From Ignavibacteriota bacterium (GTDB taxonomy: Bacteria; Bacteroidota; Ignavibacteria; UBA10030; UBA6906): a stretch of DNA of 64,000 bases. The stretch lies in contig CAWESL010000007.1 in NCBI GenBank assembly GCA_963811705.1, positions 218,100 through 282,099 of the forward strand, read 5' to 3'. A program made the translations under genes and the position numbers. Numbering within the stretch: position 1 is the stretch's first letter; each line of letters begins with the position of its first letter. Below are positions 38,018 to 47,751 of this stretch, in pieces. A model generated the notes under the pieces. It was given only the letters and a program-made list of their open reading frames with translations, ran no database searches and was not told the DNA's origin.

Positions 38018-39571
38018 TCAACGGATCAACAACATCTTCCGTATTGCAGTGTACGAGCCTGCGGTGAGTCTATAAAAGTACACGCCACTTGCAAGGTCCG
38101 TCCCGTCAAAGGCAAACGTATATTTCCCCGCGGGGTACCTGCCATTGGCCAGCGATGCCACCTGACGACCGAGAACGTCGTAGACCACCAGGCGAACATC
38201 ACTGCCCCCTGTCCACTGTCCACTGATGACTGTTTTCGGATTGAACGGGTTCGGGTAGTTTTGGAACAGGTCAAAGGCGAGTGGCGTTTCATCCGACGCA
38301 TCCACAGAAAGGATCTGATCTCCTGTCGTGAAGCTTCCGGTCAGCGAGTACGAACTTGTGCCGCTGTCGTTCACTGCAGAAACGTGCCAGAAGAATTGCG
38401 TATTCGACGCCAGGGGGCTGAGCCTGGCAACGGTATCAGGAACGGTTGTGTCTGCCACGAGCGATGCAAACTGCCCGTCGGTTGCTACCTGGATGCGATA
38501 CGTAAGCGCAATCTTCGAGGGATGCCACTGGAGAACCGCATTTCTCTGGATCCCGCTGGTGCCGAGTGGCGACGCCAGGACCGGTTTTATGGGAGAAGCC
38601 AGATATCGGCGCAGCCATTGGAGTGCCGGTCGTTCCGTTCCATTTGACCGGAGAAGATATCCGTTTGTCTGCCAAATATACCCCTGTTCATATCCCCACA
38701 ACGTGATCCCGGCGACGCCTGGATTCTCCCAAAATATCGGGAAGTATGTCTGATAGTTCTGCAATTGAATCGAGTCCACCGGTTCATTGATATCGAATTC
38801 GGAGATATACACCGGCAAGCCAAGTGCCGTCAGTCTGTTGAGATTGCTTTGGATTGTGCTGATCGGGTAGATATATCCGCCCGATGTGGCCGCAGGGCTC
38901 CTGAATTCGAAATAGTGCCCTTGAATTCCGATGCCGTCGATAAGGTGCCTGACCTTCAGCGTATCAATGATCCGAATGTAGGTATCGGTAGTCGAATTGC
39001 TCTGGAGGATGTTATAGTCGTTGATCAGCAGCTTCACGCTGGGAAAGAACGCATGCCGGGCCATCGCAAACGAGGCGACGACCCAATCCCAGCCGGTCGC
39101 GCCGGCTCCGCCGAGGGCTGCGGAATACGCCGGCACAGCGTGGAGAGGTTCGTTGACGACGTCAACCAACGAGGTCGATCCGTATCGCGCCCCAATCGTG
39201 TCGATCCATTTCTTGACCTCGGCCCGCTGACTCGCTGTATCCAGCGACGCGATCCATGACGGCTGTTGGTTTCCCCAGACGAGGTTGTGGTGTTTGTACG
39301 GAAACGAGTTGTTCACAGAGAATTGGTAGATGTTGTCAAGCGCGGAGAATGAAAAATTCCCCTGGACTCCTTCGACGCTCCCCCATTTCCCGTCGTTCTC
39401 GGGAGTGACCTGATTGAAGTAGTTCAAGAACGTGGGCCGCATGGTCCCGAGGCTGGAGCCAAGGAATTTCGGTTGCCCCTTCGCAAGCTGCGCAATCGAC
39501 GGGGTGGATACTCCAACCATGAACCACCCGAACAGGATTGCTTTCACAATTGTACTGGATGCCTTCACCAT
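38018..39571 (-). CDS. GH10 endo-1,4-beta-xylanase with T9SS C-terminal sorting domain
   Basis: GH10 motifs HHNLVWGNQQPSW, VDVVNEP and ISEFDI, Fn3-like region, [63 protein letters not shown]. Start set at the internal Met MVKASST (signal peptide); the tracked ORF extends to 39853. Confidence 0.8.
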   Translation of the reverse strand: MVKASSTIVKAILFGWFMVGVSTPSIAQLAKGQPKFLGSSLGTMRPTFLNYFNQVTPENDGKWGSVEGVQGNFSFSALDNIYQFSVNNSFPYKHHNLVWGNQQPSWIASLDTASQRAEVKKWIDTIGARYGSTSLVDVVNEPLHAVPAYSAALGGAGATGWDWVVASFAMARHAFFPSVKLLINDYNILQSNSTTDTYIRIIDTLKVRHLIDGIGIQGHYFEFRSPAATSGGYIYPISTIQSNLNRLTALGLPVYISEFDINEPVDSIQLQNYQTYFPIFWENPGVAGITLWGYEQGYIWQTNGYLLRSNGTERPALQWLRRYLASPIKPVLASPLGTSGIQRNAVLQWHPSKIALTYRIQVATDGQFASLVADTTVPDTVARLSPLASNTQFFWHVSAVNDSGTSSYSLTGSFTTGDQILSVDASDETPLAFDLFQNYPNPFNPKTVISGQWTGGSDVRLVVYDVLGRQVASLANGRYPAGKYTFAFDGTDLASGVYFYRLTAGSYTAIRKMLLIR

Positions 39572-39579
39572 GAGCCACC

Positions 39580-41532
39580 TTATTGATTCTTTGTTGATTG
39601 CTCCGACGATATTGCCGGAGGGTACGCGCCGACGTAGCCGTTGATGGACGCGGGGGAACGCAACAGCCCCTTGATCTCCGCGGGGATCGCCGCGCCTGCA
39701 GTCGAAGCGGAGAACGTCCCGACCGTTCCGAAGTTGCCGAGCTGACGGCTTCTGAACAATGGGCCGTCGTAGTCCAGCATCGTACGATTCTCGTGTGCGA
39801 AGTCCGGTACGGCCTTTTGTAACTCGGCGAAAGTCCCAAAGCCCGATTGGCATCGGCCGTTCGGCGCAGGGCTCCAGAACATCAGGGGGTACGCACAGTG
39901 CGCAGCCTCGCGCACGGCGATGTTGTTGTCTATCGCCCGAACCTGAGGCCGCGGCAGCCGATCACAAAGCATCGCCAGTTGCCATACAAAGAGGAGCGGG
40001 CGCTGATACGAAGCGTCCCCTGTCAGAAGGTTGTTGACGAATTCGTGCCCATCCCTCTGCTCGACGTCCGGCCCAGTGCTTGCATGCCAGCCGAACCGAT
40101 CCCCGGCGGCAACCCGGGCATTCCTCCCAATGCACGCCGTGCTATTGACGAACGTGTTCTGATAGATGCGGACATTTGAACTGTTCAATACCAACATGCC
40201 GTGATCGCAATTCACAAACACGTTGCCGGCACAAATGGCCCCTTTGGAGATTTCGAAAAAGAACCCGTTGTCGCTCGGCCACAGTTGGTCAGTGGCGATG
40301 ACGGGTGTCTTCCTGCCGACATCCTGTACCCAATTGTTCGTGAAGACGCCGTCTACCTCCCCGACGTCGTACCAGATCCCGTTCGAGTGCGGCAGATCGA
40401 TGATCAGATTATCGTTGCAGGTGGCCCGATGACATTGATCGAAAATCTTCACTGCGGCAGGAAAGTATCCGGTGATGTTTTCAATGTTGTTCCGGGTGAA
40501 AATATTCCCTTCCAGCAACACGTCGGCTGAGCCAATGATATAAACCCCCTCGGTACTCGTGTCGCTTACTTTGCAATGACGCATGGTAAAATGATCGCCG
40601 CGAAAGTACCCGGCGACACGCGAGCAGTAGGATATCGTGCAGTTATCCAGCGTTGCTCCAACGACATCCTTTCCAAAGGTGGATGGGTCGGACAATCCGA
40701 CGGGCTCTTTCCCCTCGATTTCAAGGGCCCGATAGGCATACTGCGTGAAAGTGATACCCCGGATGGTGTACCCCTTGCGATCGGACTGTACGCCGTGACA
40801 ATCCTTCGTCGTCCTGAGTATTGCGCAGTCGTGCGCCGTGAGTTCCACGAGATGCGTTGTCGGGTCAACTCCGATGTACACGTTCCCCGAATCATAATCG
40901 ATGCAGTACGTGTTCGAATCGACTTCTCCTTCCCATCCCACGGCCTGCAGAAACCGTCCGTCGGCGAACACCATGTCGTTGTTGAACCGATAGAGCGGTG
41001 TTGTCTTCCCTTCCCGTTTCCGTGGCCACCAGTCCGCCGGCGACGAAGGGAAAAGGTGCTTCCATTTTGTAACCCATAACCCGTTTCCCAGATTTTCCCA
41101 GTTGGTCGCAACCTCCGTCCCTTTCAGAATCGGTTCTTCATCCGCGTACGGCTGAATCGTGACTCCCTGGTTGAGCTCGAGATTCCCGGTCCGATAGATC
41201 CCTCCCCGCATGACAATGACGTCGCCTGTGCGTACCCTTGCGATCGCGGATGCAATGGAGGTCGGCTTCTCGAGCGATTCACCCGATTGATCTGCCAGCC
41301 CGTCGACGGCGACGTAATAGACCGTCCCTGCCCCCGCGGGAAGCGAGTACGTCTGCCGGACCGGCCCGTACGGTCCTCCCGAGGGTTGAGCGGAAGAGGA
41401 GTCTGCGATCAGGCATGCAACCAGGAACGACACTCGAACCGTTGAGGCGAATCTGGTTTTTAACCAATTCGGAGTTGGAGCGATCATAGCGTGGCCTAGA
41501 GATGTTGCGTTAGTCCCGGCAGGGAACTTCAC
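39580..41532 (-). CDS. right-handed parallel beta-helix repeat protein (pectate/polysaccharide-lyase-like fold), secreted
   Basis: 650 aa with signal peptide and repeated NxxI/VxxC beta-helix-type segments (NNWVQD, NVFVNC, NTFVNS). Confidence 0.5.
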   Translation of the reverse strand: MKFPAGTNATSLGHAMIAPTPNWLKTRFASTVRVSFLVACLIADSSSAQPSGGPYGPVRQTYSLPAGAGTVYYVAVDGLADQSGESLEKPTSIASAIARVRTGDVIVMRGGIYRTGNLELNQGVTIQPYADEEPILKGTEVATNWENLGNGLWVTKWKHLFPSSPADWWPRKREGKTTPLYRFNNDMVFADGRFLQAVGWEGEVDSNTYCIDYDSGNVYIGVDPTTHLVELTAHDCAILRTTKDCHGVQSDRKGYTIRGITFTQYAYRALEIEGKEPVGLSDPSTFGKDVVGATLDNCTISYCSRVAGYFRGDHFTMRHCKVSDTSTEGVYIIGSADVLLEGNIFTRNNIENITGYFPAAVKIFDQCHRATCNDNLIIDLPHSNGIWYDVGEVDGVFTNNWVQDVGRKTPVIATDQLWPSDNGFFFEISKGAICAGNVFVNCDHGMLVLNSSNVRIYQNTFVNSTACIGRNARVAAGDRFGWHASTGPDVEQRDGHEFVNNLLTGDASYQRPLLFVWQLAMLCDRLPRPQVRAIDNNIAVREAAHCAYPLMFWSPAPNGRCQSGFGTFAELQKAVPDFAHENRTMLDYDGPLFRSRQLGNFGTVGTFSASTAGAAIPAEIKGLLRSPASINGYVGAYPPAISSEQSTKNQ

Positions 41533-43229
41533 TTGGTCTCGATCGCAGTTCCCTTGTATGAAAACCGGTCAAACGATGCCCTGTTTGTGCTCGGCGTTCC
41601 GGCGGACGTGGCATACAACGCGTACATGCACCCTACAAATCCGCCCGCGGTCTTTGTGCTGAGAAACGTAGCGTCGACGTCGGCTTTCAATGTCTCCCAC
41701 GTCGTTCCATCGAGGGACCAGAGGAAGGAATAGGTAGCGTCGTGAGACTCAATCCGAAGGTGAAGTGGGTGATCAGCTTTCGTGTCGCTCAGATCATGCG
41801 ATGCAAGAAGCGCAAGATTTGCAGGAGGCTCGGCCGCCTTGAAGAGCTGCACAACCTGCCTGCCGTTCACTTCCGACTTGCAGAGGTAGTAGAAATGCGT
41901 TTCATTCTGGAACACCAGCAAGCCCGCCTTCTCTTTTTCGCCGCGCGGCATGAAGTCCAGCACCGTCTGTGCGGAACTCCGCGCATGCGCCTGCCGCCGT
42001 CCAACGAAGCTCGGATTCTCTTTTCCATTGCACGTTTCAGGACGCAACTTCAGCGTAAGGAACCCGGGTCTTTCCTGAAGGCTGTACCATCGCGTGCGAG
42101 GAGCTCTCAGGAATTCCCAGTTCAGATCGAGCCGGGTTTCGTTGAAGTTGTCCGTGTACGCAAAACTCCCGCCATACGGCTGTGACCCGCGTTCGCGACT
42201 GGCAGGGAGAGGATACGGTGACGTCCGGGGAACGACTTCGCCCTTGGGAATGATGAACGGCCACCCGTCTTTCCATGTCACGGGCGCGAGAAACGTTTCC
42301 CTTCCCGTGTTGAAGAAGTCGTGCGCGTAAGGCTGACACCCGAGAAAGACCGCCCACCACGTCCCGTGTTGCGTCTCAACAAAATCCGCGTGTCCGGTGC
42401 AGGTAATCGGATCAGCTCTTTCCGGGCTCAGGTCCCTCTGCGTCAGGATCGGGTTCTGAGCGTACGGCGTGTAAGGGCCTTCGACGCGCTCGCTCCGGAA
42501 CACCACTTCCGAGTGATCCTCCGCCGTTCCCCCTTCCGCCGCGATCAGGTAGTACCGACCATCGACCTTGAAGATATGGGGGCCTTCAATCCAGACGGGC
42601 TTCATCGCGATGTTCGTCCCCCCGTTGACCAGGATTCGCTCGTCATCCCGTACCGTCGCCTTCGCCATGTCGAACCCCCTCATCCGGATCGTTCGATGTC
42701 CGGGATACAACGGGGTATTCTCGGGCGCCTCACTGTTGTAGACAATGTATGCCTTCCCGTCGTCGTCAAAGAAGAGCGACGGATCGATTCCTGATACCTG
42801 GGGAAGCCACACAGGTTTTGACCAGGGGCCGGCAGGATTGGCGCTGGTCACGACGAAATTGCCACCCCCGTCGACAAAGGTGCACGTAACATAGAAGAGT
42901 CCGTTGTGGTATCGTATTGCTGGCGCGAAGATTCCGCGCGACACGCCAAGACTGTCATACTTCAGCTCGTCCGGTTTGTCGATGCAATATCCGATGAGCC
43001 GCCAGTGAACAAGATCTCTACTGTGGAATACCGGAATGCCCGGATAGTATGCGAACGTGGAATTCACCAGATAATAGTCGTCGTTCACCCTGCAAATGCT
43101 CGGGTCCGGATAAAATCCTGCAAGGATGGGGTTCGTGTATTCCTCCTGTGGCTCCATCGACTTCGCCTGCATGGGAAGCATAAGCGAAAGGACAGACGAG
43201 AGCATTGCAACCACTATCAGCATGATCAA
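41529..43229 (-). CDS. GH43 beta-xylosidase/alpha-L-arabinofuranosidase with C-terminal beta-sandwich
   Basis: YTNPILAGFYPDPSICRV.DDYYLVNSTF...HW is the classic GH43 N-terminus. 566 aa. Confidence 0.8.
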   Translation of the reverse strand: MIMLIVVAMLSSVLSLMLPMQAKSMEPQEEYTNPILAGFYPDPSICRVNDDYYLVNSTFAYYPGIPVFHSRDLVHWRLIGYCIDKPDELKYDSLGVSRGIFAPAIRYHNGLFYVTCTFVDGGGNFVVTSANPAGPWSKPVWLPQVSGIDPSLFFDDDGKAYIVYNSEAPENTPLYPGHRTIRMRGFDMAKATVRDDERILVNGGTNIAMKPVWIEGPHIFKVDGRYYLIAAEGGTAEDHSEVVFRSERVEGPYTPYAQNPILTQRDLSPERADPITCTGHADFVETQHGTWWAVFLGCQPYAHDFFNTGRETFLAPVTWKDGWPFIIPKGEVVPRTSPYPLPASRERGSQPYGGSFAYTDNFNETRLDLNWEFLRAPRTRWYSLQERPGFLTLKLRPETCNGKENPSFVGRRQAHARSSAQTVLDFMPRGEKEKAGLLVFQNETHFYYLCKSEVNGRQVVQLFKAAEPPANLALLASHDLSDTKADHPLHLRIESHDATYSFLWSLDGTTWETLKADVDATFLSTKTAGGFVGCMYALYATSAGTPSTNRASFDRFSYKGTAIETK

Positions 43230-43283
43230 TTCCTTTCGTGTGACTATCGTTCCGATTCGAAGGGTGATGCGGACAGCACCTCT

Positions 43284-44741
43284 CTATTTGAATTGGCTTG
43301 CGGCAAAATCCAAAAAATACGGCCAGTTCGGCCCCACCGTGTGTCCGTCAGAATGCTGGCGAAAGGCGAGAGTTCCGCTGACGAGAGACGTCTCGATCGG
43401 CGGCATCGTTCCGGTCCCCAGGTCGCGCCGGCCCAATAAGGAATAGACCGGCCCGGCCGCCACCGCTGCCATGAATTGCCCACGATCATCTACCCATCGA
43501 CCTTCGACTTCGGGCGAACCACAGCTGATGAACACCGGCCGCGGAGCACACAGGGCGATGAGTTCATGCGAATCCACATGGAGCGCCTCCGGAGACGAAG
43601 CATACTTCATGAAGTTGCCCGCGAACCAGTGGTATTCACCCGAGGAGCAGATATTCCCCATCGATTCACCGAAGTCTCTTCGATAGAGAGCCGCTCCGCC
43701 TTTGCCTGAGGACGCGACAAGAACAATGGCGAACCGGAGCTCGCTGGCCATGGTCAGCAGAACCGCCTTCCCGTACCGGGAAACGCCTTCGATTGCCACT
43801 CTCCGGGCGTCAATGGAATGGTCGGTCTCGAAATAGTCCAGTACCCGACTTGCCCCCCAAGCCCACGCCCGCAACGCGCCCCAATCATCCGGCTTCGGAA
43901 CTCGGCCCTTGTTGACAAGGCCGATAATTCCTTCCGTAAGCCCTGCCGCATTATCGGGTTGTACCGAAGTCGGGACATAGACAGCGTACCCCCATCCTTT
44001 TTGAAGGACCTGTTCCTGCCAGGTCGGGCCCTGGGATTTGGGCATTCCCGGGAAAGTGAATCCGGGCGGAAAGACGAAGCCGAATTCCATGATGATCGGG
44101 ACGGGATGCGCGGCGACAGCCGGAACCGTGACGGTCAATTGAATGTCCACCGTAATGTTCGGATCGGAGGAGTTGTCAACGTGACCGTTGACATCCTTCA
44201 CGACAACGCGCGTAGTGCCGACAGTGGTGTCTTTGGAACTCACGACGGTCCAATGGACCGGAGGAACCCTTTCCGGCACCTTCCCAAAGATCTCGTCGTC
44301 AAATTGACGTTGGAGCTCCGGTCGTCGCGCGCCCCACCACATCGCCGAGTCGGCAACCCTCCGCCCATCTTCCATTCGGAGCGGATCGGGCAAATTGGAA
44401 TGCGGATTCGCGCGCGCTTCATCGTAGTTGTTCCAGGTCCCCCAGGGCGATCTGACGTACGTGTTCCCCGCACTGTCGTTCCAATTGGAAGATCCTTTCT
44501 TCTGAAACGTGTCCCGCGGACGATTGGGATCATCAGCAGTGGGAGGCAATGCGGACGGGAGTTTGATCCCGAGAAGCTCAATCATCTGTTTCCAGTGCTC
44601 ATCCGATTCCCGTCCAATTCGCGTGAAGTATGCGGTACGCTCTTCCGCAGTCATCTGAAAAGGATTTTTCGACTGACCATACCCCTCCCGACCCATCAGG
44701 ATCAAGAGTATGAACAGCAGGGGTGGGCTCTTTTTCATCAT
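43284..44741 (-). CDS. CE15 family glucuronoyl esterase-like protein
   Basis: Signal peptide (MMKKSPPLLFILLIL), a conserved GVSRYGK segment matching the CE15 GCSRxGK nucleophile motif, and xylan-cluster context. Confidence 0.6.
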   Translation of the reverse strand: MMKKSPPLLFILLILMGREGYGQSKNPFQMTAEERTAYFTRIGRESDEHWKQMIELLGIKLPSALPPTADDPNRPRDTFQKKGSSNWNDSAGNTYVRSPWGTWNNYDEARANPHSNLPDPLRMEDGRRVADSAMWWGARRPELQRQFDDEIFGKVPERVPPVHWTVVSSKDTTVGTTRVVVKDVNGHVDNSSDPNITVDIQLTVTVPAVAAHPVPIIMEFGFVFPPGFTFPGMPKSQGPTWQEQVLQKGWGYAVYVPTSVQPDNAAGLTEGIIGLVNKGRVPKPDDWGALRAWAWGASRVLDYFETDHSIDARRVAIEGVSRYGKAVLLTMASELRFAIVLVASSGKGGAALYRRDFGESMGNICSSGEYHWFAGNFMKYASSPEALHVDSHELIALCAPRPVFISCGSPEVEGRWVDDRGQFMAAVAAGPVYSLLGRRDLGTGTMPPIETSLVSGTLAFRQHSDGHTVGPNWPYFLDFAASQFK

Positions 44742-44742
44742 T

Positions 44743-47739
44743 TCATTTACTCCTTTCCAACCGATGATAGCTTTCCGGCGGGCCGAGATAGCTCGGGCGG
44801 ACATTCCCGACGCTCACGACCACCTTTTCGAGCACGACCTCAGGATCCACCATCCAGATCTTCAAGGTGTGATAGCCGGGCGTTGTGATCCGATGTGTTG
44901 AACGGCTGATCTGGCCATTGTTCTCCACAAGTCGCTCCCAGATGCTGTTTCCGTTCTGGGCGCTGAACGACTTCGGAAGAAGAGAGACAACCTGAGGGTG
45001 TTCCGCGTCAAAGGAGACTCCGTATCGGACACCTCTGTCGGGGTCGAAGTTCAGCGAGGGACCGAAATACCCCTGCACGTCGACGTTCCCTGTGTCGAGC
45101 AGATACATGCGATATTCGAGGCACGAACAGTTTCTTCCGGGCTCTAAGGGTGGAGAATTGATGGGAAGTGTGGCTCGCATCCCGGAGAGTGTGTGTCCAT
45201 AGCCCTCGACTTTGATCCATCTGCCTGGGCCGATTTCCGATCTTTTGGTGAAGTGTTCCGCCGCCATTGACACGTAACCTTCACCCTCGAGGAATCCGCG
45301 CAATGTGGCCGTCACAGCAGATGGCGGAAGAGAGGTCTTCACAAGAACCGCGACTTCTTTGTCAGCTCCCTTGATAACGACCGTCCCGATCTCACCACTG
45401 CTTCGCACTTTAGCCCAATCGATGCTCACCCAGATTCGGTTCTGGAGATTGACGGTCCCCGCCGGCTGGTCGATCCTCATCCAGGGTCGATCACCAACGG
45501 CGATGTAGGAAAACGGTTTCTTTCCCCTGTTGAATATTTCGATCGAATGACGGCGACCATTGAACGGATCGAACAACGGAAGCGCGGGGACCTGTTCAGA
45601 GCCCGGCCAGGAATCCTGCGACCCTTCCACGGCCACGCCCATCGCCGCCGAATCGGGCACGGTCAAATCCACGAGGGGGATTGCCTGAAGGCTGTTTGTC
45701 GGTGGATCGGCCCACGTAGTATAGCCGAGATGTGTTTGGTCCATGAAATGATCCCACTTCCCCCCGGCCAACGTGCGATTGAAATAACCCATAAGTGCCG
45801 TATCGCTCGAGAAGAGCGCCCGTGTCCGGTCTGCCATCGATGTGGTGATCGCCCTCCCCTGCTTCGCATACAATGCATTCAATCCTGCAGAATAATAGAG
45901 CTCGTTCACGATGGACGAGGCCTGCGTTGGAAACAGGACAAGCTCGAAGAATGCGTCTTGTTGATTCTTCGGCAGGTCCGCTGAGATCGTCTCCGCTTTG
46001 CTGGTCAGGGCTGCGAAATCCTTCACCACCCTTTCCGCTTCCTGATAGTTGACGAGACTATAGGTGTTTGGACTCAGGAGTTCAGGTTTCCGTCTGCCAT
46101 TGTATTTGGTATACGACTCAAGGATTTGTGCGATCCCGTCGGCGTGTTTGCCTCCAAATTCTCTTGCCGCCCACTGCCGCGTGTAATCGTCGATGTTCGA
46201 ATTCGTCCATCGACCTGTATTCCAGGCCAGGTCCATGAAATATTCCATCGGCAGCTCATATCCCTTGAAATGGCCGACGTTGACAATCCAGATGCGGTCC
46301 GCGCCGTATTTCTTGGCGAGCGACATTTGTTCCCAGATCTTGGGCAGCGGATTGGTATTGACCCATTGATAGCTCCTGGGTCCCCCGTGGTAGTCAAAAT
46401 GATAGTAGATGCCGGCACCGCCGCTCCGCTTGCGTTCATCAGCCGTCGGCAGCCGCCGGATGTTACCCCAATTGTCGTCGGGCCACAGGATGGTAACATC
46501 ATCGGGGACGCGCATACCGGCATTGTAGAAGTCAAGCACCTCCTTATACGGGCACCAGAGCTGGGGAATCTTCGTCGCATCCGGATTCATTTCTTCCGAC
46601 AGGATCTTTCGTTGCACCGTAACGATATCCTTCAGGAGCGCCATGTTTTCTTCCGGCCCACCGGGGGCCATCGGCGTATCGTTTGCCCCTCGGAGCCCTA
46701 TCGTGATGATGCTTTCATAGCGTTTGTTCCGCCGGATCCCTTCGCGCCAGAAATTCTGCAGGGTGTCCGGGTATTTGGCGTAGTTCCAGGTGCCGAGCGA
46801 GCTCAGGTATCTCCTGTCCCACTCCTTTTGCGCGCGCAACATCGGCTCCTGGTGCGAGGTCCCCATGACAATCCCCAGTTCGTCCGCGAGGCGTGCGTTG
46901 AGCGAATCGTCCTCGTTGAACGCATTGTTCCACATGGCCGGCCAGAGATAGTTCGCCTTGAGCCGGAGGAGGAGCTCGAAGATCCGCCCATAGAAGACAT
47001 GGCCATAGTTGGCGACGTCGGGAGGAACAGGCGGGTCTGTACGCACCGTGGCGGACCCGTATTTTGCCGCGACCCATTTTGTCAGGGCCGGGTATTCGTC
47101 GTTCAGAAAAATCCCGCGGTATTTCACGGAGGGAGGGCCATCACGGTGAGAGCCCGGCGTTATGCAAAGGTCGGAATGATGTTTGACCGGCACGTCGGCC
47201 CACCAATACCACGGCGATACACCGATGCGTTCTGAAATGCGAAAAAGCGCATACATGGTCCCGCGCTTGTCGCTCCCGACAACAACAAGAGCGCGATCAA
47301 CCCCGGGAACCGGGTTCGCAACCTGCACGATGAGAGACGATTCCCATTTCCCCGCGATCCCTGAGACGTCGATCTTCTTCCTTCGGACCAGAGCGTCAAT
47401 GACCGGGTTCCTCCCGAGCGTGCCAACCAGAACCACCGCTTTCGCGTCGGGCACAACGTCGATGCAGATTTCCGGACGGCTGCCGCAGACGGAATCAAGG
47501 TCGTTTTGAAACAGCGAAAGCACCCGGAGGACGCCCGGGTAATCCCCGGCGCTCGCGCACAGGGGGACAGGCTTTCCCGAGGCCGCGAGAGGGAATCCTC
47601 CATGGGAAATCTCGAAGCGCACAAATGGTTCACCACCGATGGCGAAGGCCTTCCCGGCATATGCCGAGAAAAGGAGAACCAGCGAAACGACGAATGGCAA
47701 ATACGGTGCCGGGGGTCGGGAGGGGCTTGGACGATTCAT
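44743..47739 (-). CDS. GH115 family xylan alpha-1,2-glucuronidase
   Basis: 998 aa, signal peptide, Trp-rich GH115-like core (SPWYWWADVPV, HFDYHGGPRSYQW). Confidence 0.65.
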   Translation of the reverse strand: MNRPSPSRPPAPYLPFVVSLVLLFSAYAGKAFAIGGEPFVRFEISHGGFPLAASGKPVPLCASAGDYPGVLRVLSLFQNDLDSVCGSRPEICIDVVPDAKAVVLVGTLGRNPVIDALVRRKKIDVSGIAGKWESSLIVQVANPVPGVDRALVVVGSDKRGTMYALFRISERIGVSPWYWWADVPVKHHSDLCITPGSHRDGPPSVKYRGIFLNDEYPALTKWVAAKYGSATVRTDPPVPPDVANYGHVFYGRIFELLLRLKANYLWPAMWNNAFNEDDSLNARLADELGIVMGTSHQEPMLRAQKEWDRRYLSSLGTWNYAKYPDTLQNFWREGIRRNKRYESIITIGLRGANDTPMAPGGPEENMALLKDIVTVQRKILSEEMNPDATKIPQLWCPYKEVLDFYNAGMRVPDDVTILWPDDNWGNIRRLPTADERKRSGGAGIYYHFDYHGGPRSYQWVNTNPLPKIWEQMSLAKKYGADRIWIVNVGHFKGYELPMEYFMDLAWNTGRWTNSNIDDYTRQWAAREFGGKHADGIAQILESYTKYNGRRKPELLSPNTYSLVNYQEAERVVKDFAALTSKAETISADLPKNQQDAFFELVLFPTQASSIVNELYYSAGLNALYAKQGRAITTSMADRTRALFSSDTALMGYFNRTLAGGKWDHFMDQTHLGYTTWADPPTNSLQAIPLVDLTVPDSAAMGVAVEGSQDSWPGSEQVPALPLFDPFNGRRHSIEIFNRGKKPFSYIAVGDRPWMRIDQPAGTVNLQNRIWVSIDWAKVRSSGEIGTVVIKGADKEVAVLVKTSLPPSAVTATLRGFLEGEGYVSMAAEHFTKRSEIGPGRWIKVEGYGHTLSGMRATLPINSPPLEPGRNCSCLEYRMYLLDTGNVDVQGYFGPSLNFDPDRGVRYGVSFDAEHPQVVSLLPKSFSAQNGNSIWERLVENNGQISRSTHRITTPGYHTLKIWMVDPEVVLEKVVVSVGNVRPSYLGPPESYHRLERSK

Positions 47740-47751
47740 CGTGGACCTCGT

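Noticed and set aside
46126-47235. 369-aa plus-strand ORF
   Set aside because: Antisense to the GH115 gene. Spurious.
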